A stretch of 64,000 nucleotides of DNA, taken from NCBI GenBank assembly GCA_000708835.1, contig DF236959.1:164938-228937 (forward strand), read 5' to 3'. Shown piece by piece: positions 37,701 to 48,100 of the stretch. Position 1 is the stretch's first letter; the number at the start of each line of letters is the position of its first letter. The position numbers and the translations under genes are program-made. The notes beneath the pieces are model-generated. The model searched no databases. It saw only the letters and a list, made by a program, of their open reading frames with translations, and was not told the DNA's origin. Origin of the DNA: Klebsormidium nitens. Lineage: Eukaryota; Plantae; Klebsormidiophyceae.

Positions 37701-38039
37701 CTTGCAAACAAGATAGCTACTTTTGCCATAGTACTCCTATCAGGATTAAATTGTAACTAGGCCCAGTGAGATGTCCTACTCCTTAAAAAGCTCTCTGAAC
37801 CCTTGGAATTGCAAATGAGCTGCAGTTGTAGATATGCAACAGAAAGACGATGTCACTCACATGATGTCCAGAAAAGCCTCGATCACAATTGCATCATTGC
37901 CCCCCTTCCCATAGAGGAAGCCATCGTACCGCCGAGGGACTGGAAATTGGGCATTCACAGGCCCAATCACAGCACCGAAGACAAGGATCAGAATAAGGGC
38001 CCCATAGATCGCTGGATCAGATTTCAGCAATGCTGCCAT
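34745..38039 (-). CDS. Secreted DsbA/thioredoxin-like fold protein (At1g20225-like), 232 aa; exons 38039-37861, 36987-36889, 35840-35582, 34906-34745
   Basis: Signal peptide (ALILILVFGAVIGPVNA), then QFPVPRRYDGFLY...IVIEAFLDIM|CPSCRASWPVLK...IIIHPFSNP|FHHYSFHAARGMHAV...DLAARVSFK|YGCARSVVWTPTHLVNG...WKRLLDPL. The exons sum to 699 nt and phases match. Confidence 0.9.
35780..36400 (-). repeat. Three decayed copies of the acceptor and first codons of thioredoxin-like exon 3
   Basis: gcAG|tttccaccattac (36366), gcAG|tttccaccactactccttc (36231) and gcAG|ttttcactactactccttc (36086), compared with the functional gcAG|cttccaccactactccttc (35840). Confidence 0.9.
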
Positions 38040-38096
38040 GGCTTCTGCTCATGCACGGCAATCGCCAATCGGCTCTTCAGAGTAGGATGGCAGGCT

Positions 38097-39525
38097 GCAG
38101 CGCAAAGTGGACAATTCATCAGTTTTTCTGTTTTTTGATATTTTTGTACTTGTATTTTAGTTCTTTTGTTTACATATTTGCGGTCGTTTTTTCATATTTT
38201 GATACTTTTTGGCTTGTTTTTCAGTATTTTGGTATTTTTTGCGCACGTATTTTAGTATTTTGATATATTCTTTCCAGTTTCTATGTAAGTTTTTTTGCTT
38301 TTTTGTTATTTTTCGGTTTTTCGGTTTTTCGGTTTTTCGGTTTTTCTGTTTTTTCGGTTTTCCGGTTTTTCGGTTTTTTAGTTTTTTAGTTTTTTAGTTT
38401 TTTAGTTTTTTAGTTTTTTAGTTTTTTACGCTACGGCAGTCAGGGGGACCAAACACCCCGGGTAAGAAAGTTAGCAACATGAACCATGTGCCAGCAGCTA
38501 AACGGCGAATTGCCCGGAACTGAAAATTGTTGGGATTGAAGTTTGAACCTCCACAGGGTCACCTTTCAAAACCCAGAGTTTGGGGTCCGGGCAACGCGCC
38601 GTTTAGGGGGAATTGGGGGCAGGTTTAGGTGGGTTAACCATCCAAAAAACTATCAACCCACCTCTAACACTTGTCTTAACCCTTTCCTCAGACTAACCGA
38701 TCGGACCGCATCGGGCTCGGGACATCCAAACTATGCAATCTCGACCGTGCAGATCGGAAAATTTCTCATCTGACGGTGCGGATCATGGTTCGCTCTGTTT
38801 CAGTGGTGTTTGGTCCCCCTGACGGCAGTACTCACCCCGGTCAGTACCGTACGGTCCACGGTATGGGGCGCGCGACTTGCAGTACCTCGGTACCGTACCT
38901 TCAAGTTCATCATCACTGATGACGGGTACCTGCCCGGTACCGGTAGCTTCCTCCTGCTGACCGGTGTCTAGGGAGGTATTAGTAACTAACTTACCTGGGT
39001 TAAGGCCTTGATAGCCTAAGTAGTTGGTCGTCACTGGTGACAGGATAAATCCAGGTTGAAGTTACAGCCGAGCGGGGACCGCGAACCGGTACCCGGAATA
39101 GAACCTACAGGCAACCAGCGGCATATAACGGTAGGTACCTACGATACATACCGTGACGGTACCAACGTACCGTGGCCTGGTCCGCCGGTACGCTGGACTC
39201 ACCTACTAGTACGTACCATGTAGGTACCGCATAATTCTGCGTGACTCGATGCGTGGCCGAGCGGCCGTGCAATTAGGATGCGGCCGCGCGGCACCGCGTG
39301 CATTGCGCCACAGTCACGTCACGTGGGTCTCAAAAAACGAAAAAACTCAGAAAACCAAAAAACTAAAAAACGAATAAACGGAAAACGAAAAAACTAGAAA
39401 ACGAGAAAACAGGGAAGAAAAATCTAATATACCGAAAAACTGGCCAGAAAATACAAATATACTTAAAAACAAGGCAGAATAAACTCAAAAACTAAAATAC
39501 TGATACATTGTCCACTTCGCGGCGC
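38097..39525. mobile_element. Foldback-like non-autonomous element with long, low-complexity imperfect inverted arms
   Basis: The left end gcagcgcaaagtggacaattcatcagttttt matches the reverse complement of the right end (gcgccgcgaagtggacaatgtatcagtattt). A T-rich arm (~38097-38428) mirrors an A-rich arm (~39333-39525). I found no transposase and no target-site duplication. Confidence 0.6.
38311..38428 (+). repeat. 8-nt tandem arrays (TTTTTCGG)n then (TTTTTTAG)n
   Basis: Read directly. Degenerate complementary units (aaaaaacg, aaaaaact) occur at ~39333-39400. Confidence 0.9.
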
Positions 39526-40129
39526 TATAGAGAGTTCTTCTTTTGCAGCTTTGCAAAACATGTCCTACAATCTGCGTCCTTCGAAACCAGACTCTACTCT
39601 GAGAGTGAATGGTAATGGTGAGCAATTGGTCAATTGAAGCACCGGCCCGCACCGTAGTTGGACGTGACGGCTTTTGTCGCGCAGAAGCAAGTTAAACCGG
39701 CATGCTTACGGTTTGTAAGCGGTAATGGTACGCGGGGTTCTTGAAGGGAGGGGTCCCGCCAAAAGCTGCAGGCACCTGTTCAAACAGGCTTTGAAGTTGC
39801 TTTCGGTGCAGTCCACCTGATTTTCAAATTTCCCCTCAACTACGGTAGTTTCTTGAATGCGGGTCAAGGGCGTCAGGACTTTTGAAGGCAACTCCTCCTA
39901 TCTGTGTAAGAGAGAGGCTCCCGTTCTTCTGCGTCGGACCATAACCATCCGCCGCTTGCGCTGGTCCCGTGCGCAGCCGCTGTGCGAGTCCTTTTGGTGA
40001 AAGGAGAAGTAGATCAGGGGTTCGACGGTTCGTGGGGCGTTCTTCAGAGACGTGCAGCAAGGAAGAAAGCGTTTCTTCTACCGTCCTGGTGAATTTGAAG
40101 CCACCGCTCTACTTGCTGTGGAGCAAAGC

Positions 40130-41167
40130 ATGGGAGGCTGCACCGCCGCTCATGTTGAATCCTTTCAGGGGGGCACATTTGTGCCAGAATGTCAGCGTTC
40201 GCTCCTGCAGAATCTGCCAGCCAACTCTTTAAGGCCTTTGCCCAAGCTCCCACCTCTGTCCAAGTTAGTTTCTCCTCTGCCGGTTAAAAAAAGAACAACA
40301 ATTGTACTTGCCTCCGAGAATGGGGCCGCGACGGCGCCGCCGAAGGAGCAGCGGAAACAAGCGCAGAGGACGAAGACCGGCGAGGCTTCTGAAAAAGCGC
40401 CCAACTCTGAGTTGGAGCAGCAAACCTGGAGGGTCGGGACGCGGGCAGATTCCGAGCAAGAGAACACTGCATGGGAAGTGCGAGCACCTAGGACGCCGCT
40501 TGACCAAGCACAAATGAAAACGTGCTGTCAATGTGGGTTTACGAAGATGATTGACGACTATGAGAGAACGAAGACGAGCTTAGACGAGCGCAGCGCAGGT
40601 TGCCGGGCGTGCATGTCGGCTCTCCGCGCACGTCGGTCGGGCCGGCCCCTCTATCACCTTGGGATGTCGGTTGAGGACGCGTGGGAGAACGCGAAGGTGT
40701 GCACGATGTGCAAGCACCTGAAGGAGCTGCGCGACTTTGCGCGGTTGGGCGACGGGACCGCCAGACGGTGCCGGGGCTGTCAAGCAAAGTTTTCGAAGCC
40801 GCTGCAGGCGCCGGCGGATACGCCGCAGAAGTGCAACGAGTGTGGGGAGGTGAAGCCCGCGAGCGAGTTCCACCGGAAGCAGCACCGGACGAACGGGCTT
40901 TCGGGAAACTGCAAGAGTTGCTGCTCGAAGATTGAGAGAGCGCGGTATGAGAATTACCGGGGGTCCTCGGTGGTTTTGTCACGGGCGGAGAAGATGTGCA
41001 CCATGTGCGGGAGGGAGCTACCGAGGACGGAGTTTTATGCGGCCAAAAACATCGACGGGCTCCAGGCAAATTGCAAGGAGTGCTTTGTCACCAGAAACAC
41101 CGGACGAAGGAAGAAGAAGGCCCCGAGTGCTGGTGAAGTTGCTGAACAATCTGAGCAATCTGATTGA
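40130..41167 (+). CDS. Intronless protein with four CxxC-x(20-23)-CxxC putative zinc-binding repeats; start could be further upstream
   Basis: The repeats are KTCCQCGFTK...GCRAC, KVCTMCKHLKELRDF...RCRGC, QKCNECGEVKPASEFHR...NCKSC and KMCTMCGRELPRTEFY...DGLQANCKEC. The C-terminus is basic (GRRKKK). Confidence 0.75.
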   Translation: MGGCTAAHVESFQGGTFVPECQRSLLQNLPANSLRPLPKLPPLSKLVSPLPVKKRTTIVLASENGAATAPPKEQRKQAQRTKTGEASEKAPNSELEQQTWRVGTRADSEQENTAWEVRAPRTPLDQAQMKTCCQCGFTKMIDDYERTKTSLDERSAGCRACMSALRARRSGRPLYHLGMSVEDAWENAKVCTMCKHLKELRDFARLGDGTARRCRGCQAKFSKPLQAPADTPQKCNECGEVKPASEFHRKQHRTNGLSGNCKSCCSKIERARYENYRGSSVVLSRAEKMCTMCGRELPRTEFYAAKNIDGLQANCKECFVTRNTGRRKKKAPSAGEVAEQSEQSD

Positions 41168-42154
41168 TCAATTGTTAGTGCCAAAAGCGGATTGCTTTGT
41201 GTTAGACAAATGTAGAAAGGTCCCCAGAATATTATTTGCTGCAGCAAGGTTAGAGATCATGTTGGTTGGCGGACACAAGGAATTCAAGGACAGGGGCCGC
41301 GCCCGGAAACCTTGCCACATTGTGCGACAGATTGATCAAGGATCGACTTAGAGGAACAGTCCCAACATTTCTGGTCATTCATGCAATCATTGACTTCAAG
41401 TTGTAAAACAATCAACCGTCTGCAATGCATTTGATTCGATTGAGATATATACCTACTTGAAAAGGACTTCGAGCGGACTCACAGATGCGGATTGATCGGA
41501 TTCAGTCACGCGCGCATCTGGCTTGTATTGCATGACCACTCGCTGTGTGGCTGGGCGGCCGCGCAATGAGGGGGTCAGATCTCATTGTTTGCTGGCGCAT
41601 GCAGCATGTATATGAGCGCGCGCGCGCATGATTCGATGAATTTTTGAACTACAACGAGCTGCATCGCCACAGAACACGAGGACTGTACTGACCGTCATGG
41701 GTTTGAGCAAAAGGGTAAAGTTATTAAGTCGTCTTTATCTATATTACCCGGCTAGGGTAAAGTCCATGTCTAAGCAGACATTGCTCAAGCCATACCACTA
41801 CGAAAATTGAGTAGCTGGCGCTGCTTATGGACATGAACGCTGTACTAGGACCATGCCGCCTTCATATCTCAAAGACGAGGTTACTAAGACATGCCACACA
41901 GTCTACATGCGGAGCTCCTCAGCTGCTGATTTGCGCGGTTCCCTTACACTCGATCAATACCCAGCCAAAGGGTCAACCACAATGATTAACCATGCCGACC
42001 AAGTGACATTTTGCGTGATTACTGATATGGCGGGGTTTGCACCGTCGGAACATAATGTCTCAACGCTCGAACCTCTATCCGGACAGCAAAGGGTCCCGTC
42101 GCCAACTTTATTGTGCACAACTCGACACGACTGCCTTGGAAGCCTGCTTGACCT

Positions 42155-45100
42155 TTATGGACGCATCCTAGACCTGGCTCTCCTACTTTTTGGAGCAGGC
42201 TTTTGACCCTCCTCATCGTGAGATTGTGTCTCTCCATATCCCCGCAGGCCCGGATGCCGCCCCATGCTAGGAAGCCCTCTCTCGCCAACGTGGCCGACAG
42301 GTTCCGCCACGCCTGCATCGTCCTTACCCACATTAGTCCCTGCCCCTTCTGAATTATCTGCCTCCTTCTCCGGCATCCGTTCTTCCAAGCCCTTCCCCAA
42401 ATACTCAATTCCATCGCCCGGATCAATCCCTTCATCCTTCCCACCGTTTTTTGGCATATCGCCCGTTCTCGCTTCCTCCCGATCGGTCCGAACTTCAATG
42501 GACTCTTCGCTTTCCTTCGTGCTCGCCAGACCGACCTTTGCCCCTTCAGCAACCCCTGCGACTCTCGTTCCCGCACCCAAACCTTCGCCCCCCCCCCCCC
42601 TCATCAGGCCGTTCGTCCTATGGCGCTTCGAACGCTCCTTCCCGACCCTCTTCTCCACCCCATTGCTATCGGTCAACTCTTCCCCCCCTCCCTTTCGCCC
42701 GTGTCCCGTCCCCCCCTCAAGCTCTCCGTTTACTTCCGACCCGTCACGTTTCCGCCCATTCGAGAGCTCGCTCTTCGAGTCGCCTCTTTGCGACGAGCCC
42801 CCCGAACGAACGCCCAACTTCAGCCTCAGTACGAGCCCCCCCGTGCTGCCTTTCTCCACCTTTTTCCACTCTTCCACAGCCGCTCGACCGCCGCCCAGTT
42901 GCAACCCACCAAGCGCTTCTCCGTTCGAGTCCGCCGCTCGCTCTCCTACTTCCGCTTTCTCGTTTTCCCTCTCTTTTACCGTCTCCTCGGTATCCGCTTG
43001 ACTTCCCTTTCCTACGCTCGCTTCGACCGGCCCAGCTCTTCCCCGTTCGACTACCCTGCCTTTCCTTTTCCTGGTCCCAAACCGGGACTTCTTTTCCCCA
43101 CCTTCCCGCTTCTCCACATCCACCCCGTCATCCATTTGCTCTTTTTCTTTGCCCGCTTCTTCTTCCGCTTCCGCCGTTCCGGCGGCTTCCGCCCCTGAAG
43201 GCCCCTCAAGGTGGCTCTCCACCGGCCCCTTTCTCGCATCCTTTTCGCCGCCAAAGCCTTCTCCCCTCTCATCGACCACATTCTTCTCAGCCCCGCTGCC
43301 GCTTATCTCGGGCCCTTCCTGCCCGGTTGATTGCCCCGGGGCACCCTTCTCGGCGTCCCCACCCTCGTGCAAAACTCCGTCCCTCGCTCCCGGCTCGTCT
43401 CTTGACTCCCCCTCACCCCTCTCCTCCGCCGTACCGCCATGCCCGTCCGCGCTTGGCCCTTCCCCTCGTTCTAGTTCTTCCAGATCGCCCCCGTCTTCCA
43501 GAAGACCCTCGCTATTCGCCCGTTCAACAACTTCCAAACCCTCCCCCTCTAACTCTATTTCAGTCTGCGGCCCACTTGCTGCGGCCTCGTCTGCTTTTCC
43601 CCCCCCACCGTTGTCCGCACTCGTTTTTGCCGGGGGCCGCCGCCCCTTCTTTCGCCTCTTCTTTCCCCGCCGGTCCCGTTTCCGGGGGGCCGCTTCACTC
43701 GTTCCGGCCGCTGGGGCGGATTCCGCTGCCAGAGCGGACGTCTCCGTCCCCGTCTCCTCGCCAGTCGCCTGGTATAGAAGTGAGCAATGGGGAGAGTCAG
43801 CGTAGTGCACCCACCAAGAGCAGTTCAAAGGATACTGTAACCACGTGGCTTGTCCAAACTCATGGATGCTTGTGGAGAGAAGCAGATAAGGATTTATTGG
43901 AAGATTCATTGTGAGAAAGTATAAGTAGACAGCTGGTCAGAACCGGAGCTGATCCCGTGTTCTCTGTGCTTTGTGCCTCGTTTCCCCGACTTAAGATTGG
44001 TGACGAAACTTGTTGCCGCGTATCAACGTCAGAATCCAGTCGTAAGACAGTCGACTTACCTCAGCATCTCCCTGTTCGTCCCGCCTTCGTTTCTTGCTGT
44101 GATGCCTCTCCTTTTCCGAAGCGTCATTATCCACTTCTCCGGCTACAGTATCGTGCTTTCGCTTGCTGCCTTTCTGCTTCTTCTGTGCGCAAGGCGAGAA
44201 AGACAATCAGGACAATTGCACAATACACACCACTATCTTATCTCCTTTAGCGCCCAGCCGTGCTCACGCAAAGCACGGCATGATAGGCAGGATACAACGA
44301 ACTTTAACACTTCAGTATTGTTCCTTAGCAGCGTCGATGATCACGTGACCCTTCTAGAGTCAAGGACGGAGCTTGCGGATCTAGAGCGCTTGTATCGCAA
44401 AGCAGTAGCTTCGACGAACGTCGTACAAAAGTCTAGCTCATCAAACGTTTAAGTGATTCGAACCTAGCCGCCCTCGATTGGGACCGTGCGGTGCTCTGTC
44501 ACTTAATGTTGCAACTTCGCAAAGGACGCTTTTATCATAGGCGGTTTTTGACAGAGGGCTTTGACTAAGATTGATTACAAAGAGCGAAGACAGTCAGCGA
44601 GAAACTCACAGGCTCAGCCGTGCCGTCGCTGCCCTTGCTCCGCTTGGCCGCCTTCTTCTGCGCCTTCTTCTCGAGCGCCGCTTCCTTCTCGGCTTTTATC
44701 CTTGCCTCCTCCTGAAAGACAAGCAAACACAATTAGCTATTGGAGTCACTCTATGAGCAGGCAGCATTCTCCAAGTAAATTCCCTCGAACCTGAGAAGGG
44801 GAGCAGCGCGCTAACATGGGCTATCAAGCAAGCCTCTGCAACGCGGCGCAACTCCGGACGCGTTTGCGGACTGTGTTGCTCGGAATCGAAGCTCGTGAGA
44901 TTGTCTATCCACAAAACCAGGCATGACGTCAGCCTGGACACGTGGCCCCACCTCGAGCTGCCTCTCCCGCTCCTCCCGCTTCGCCTTCCGCCGCTCCTTG
45001 GCCTCGCGCCGCTCCTGCGCCACCTTGGTGACGTCACCCCCCTCGTCCACGATCTGCAGCCACTGCTCGTCGCTCAGGGGGTCCGCATAGCTGACGCGGC

Positions 45101-48100
45101 TCCTCTTGCGCTTTCCCCCCGCTGCGGAATTTTCTGCGGCGGAGGTCGTGACGTCGGCGGACTCCTCCTCGCGGATGTGCGCCCAGTCGGGGACCTCGTG
45201 CTCCTCCAAGAGGCGGCTTGAGAACCTGAAAAATAGAAGAGGTTGAGGTTCACTAGGGAAACGGTTGAGTCATTGCTGGGGCGCCTGGACGTTTTTAGGG
45301 TTTTGAAATTTCAAAAGGGCTGTCGAAAGGTTGTCATTCACGGACTGACCCCGTGCGGTTTGAGTACCTGCAGAACGACGGATCGGGGTTTACAAGGGTT
45401 TGAAGTGATGGGTTTCACGGAGAGTTGAAGAAGGGCCTCAAGGATCTGCCGCACTGCTTCCTTGTCAGCCGCAACCAATTCACGAGAGGGCAGATGGAGT
45501 CTCAGGCGGGTCTCAATTGGACGGGAGCTCAGATGAAACACTCACGTTCGGCCTCAAAAGAGCACCTCTTGAATTTTAAGAGGCCACAGTTAATTCAAGG
45601 CTGAAATGTCCCAGGCAACTGGAAAGAACCTTGAAGGCTTTCTGCCCAAAGGCTTTCACAATGATTCAAGTGTTCAAATCTTCGCCCAGATTTGAAGAAC
45701 TCAAACCGCAAGTTGCCGTATCCAAGCAACCGGATTGCCAAGCCCGTTCTCCATCAAACCATTCTCAGCACTCTTCAACGACACTTGTCTCGTCAAGCGC
45801 GCCCAATCGTCCTCCTCCGCCAGATCCCTTCTTCTTCCCTAGGCAAACCGCCAAAGTAAGAAGCTCTGTTCCTCACTTGGTCTCGCGGCGCCACTGCGCG
45901 TCAATCTGCTCGAACATCTGGAATTCGTCCTCGGTGCGCGCGAGCAGCCGGTTGATCTCGCGCTCGCTCGGCACGTCCGTGCCCAACCGCTGCGTGCCGC
46001 GCCGCATGATCTCCTCCAGCAGCTCGCGCCGCTCCTGCGAGCACAAAAAGGATCGACGTTTCAGATCCGCCGCAGTTGAAGAGCCCTCAGTGCGTACGAC
46101 GCGTTCAGACCTTGAAGCTTGGTGACGGACAGGCCTCGGAGATCGGGCAGACCATATGCGAATAAATCCTAGGGGGGCTCGAAGGCCTTCCCACTTATCC
46201 AAAGTCAACAAAGCGCTTGATGGCCATCTTAAGAAAAGCGGCCAAACACATGCTTACGAAAGAAGCGAACAAGAGGTAAACATACCCGCTGCAGATGGCA
46301 ACGAGTTGCGGCTGCTGGATAAAACGACAGTACAATATGAGAAAAAACAAGGATCGAAAAGAGGAAGGCGAGAAACTACGGATGAGAAGCAAGTAAGAGA
46401 ATTACCGCCGCTGTCGAGCTCTGGTTGAACATCCCCGCCTGGATGACCTTTGCATCGATGCCCATCTTGCTGCGTGCGCGCTCCAGGATCTCTTCCTCGA
46501 TGGATCCCACGCTGACCAGCACAAAGACGCGCACCTCCTTCTTCTGGCCAATCCTGCAGATGACGAGACCGTGGCGTCAGTTTCAGGAAGGGATTTGAGT
46601 GATGTACGCTATAAGGGTTCTTCTTCGGTGGATCCTTCGCTGAACAGCACAAATATGCGCACCTCCTGCTGACCAGTGAAGAAAGAAGGGCAGCTTAGGT
46701 GATGGTCGAGCGCTCCACTTGCCCGTTTTCTTATACCCGAGTTCCTGGAAGACCCATTCCTAGATGCGATTGTAAACTGCTCGGTCGCATGTTGAGATGC
46801 TAATCATTGTTGAAAGGCAACAGATTCCTGTCTGGCTTTGACCGAAGATGGAGCTTTTCCGCACCTCAGCCTCGCATACAATTGAACACCAAGCCTCATC
46901 AATCTCCCTAAATCTTGGCAACAAGAAGCGCGCAACCCTTTGTATAAAGGCACCCTCAGACTCGAACCTCTCTTCAAGCCAAAGGACAAACCGTAGTCCC
47001 CTACCTGTGAGCCCGGTCTTCCGCCTGCTGGTCCATCGCGGGGTTCCAGTCGCTGTCAAACATGATGACCGTATCCGCGGTTTGCAAATTCAGCCCGAGC
47101 CCACCCGCGCGCGTGCTCAGCAGGAAAATGAAGTACGGAGAGTCGGGCGCATTGTACAGCTCCAGCAGCTCGCGGCGCTCGTCGGTCTTGGTGTTGCCGT
47201 CCAGGCGCAGGTACGCGTAGCCGCGCCACTCGAGGTAGTCCTCCAAAATGTCCATCAGCTTCGTCATCTGCACGACGGTCGGGTATCCGCGCTTAGCCCG
47301 ATTTTTCAATCTGGAAATGTCAACATCTTACACTCGAAAGCTGATGTCAAACTGGTTAAATCCTGGCAACAGTCTTCATTTGCTGTTAGAGGGTTTGGGT
47401 GATGACAGAGTCAGAAAATACTTGACGGCCACAGTTTGCCACTACCACTCCAAGTGATTAAAGACTGGATGAGAGCGGTGGCACAAAGTTGCACAAGAGG
47501 ATACTTACCAACCTTCTGGGGCAATCGTCGGATAATTTTTGAATGTAGACGATTGAATACGCGTATCTAACAAGCGCAAAGCCCCGACCAAGATGCCAAG
47601 CGACAGGAACGACGCCGTCTTCCAATCGGAGCTGGGTAGGATAAAAGCTAGGCATAGCGAACTTACAGAATCTAGGGTTCTTAAGCCCAGGATTCGAGTT
47701 TACTTCACCAGCACAAACTGTTAAGTCAGGTGGTAAAGCAAGCTTAGAGTGCGTCACAGAGTGCGTCACGTATCCCCCGCTCGAAACGTTCTTGCCTCAA
47801 TTCTCTTTGTAAGCACGAGCCCCACCTGCGAGAAGAGCAGGATGCGGTGCCCCGTCTGCTTCATCTTGGGCAGGATGCGGTCGAGCAGCTCGAACTTGCC
47901 GGATGCGCGGACGCGCTGGGACGGGTCGTCCGGGAGCGCCTCCATGGTGTCCAAAAACAGGTACGGGTGGTTGCAGCACTTGCGCAGCTGCATCGCCGTG
48001 TTCATCAAACTGCGGCTCTTGCCTGAGGGAGACAGGACGGGGAGGGGTGGCTAAGTACTTACAGTCAAGGGTCACTTACTTACCCGACGTTTGGGACTTC

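Noticed and set aside
38372-38428. (TTTTTTAG)n as an interstitial telomere repeat
   Set aside because: It lacks the GGG block of plant or algal telomere units and is better explained as an arm of the inverted-repeat element.
42264-43914. Long plus-strand Pro/Ser/Phe-rich ORFs (245, 487, 192, 218 aa)
   Set aside because: They are the complement of the purine-rich Glu/Gly/Lys tail exon of the CHR12-like gene, where stop-poor frames are expected.
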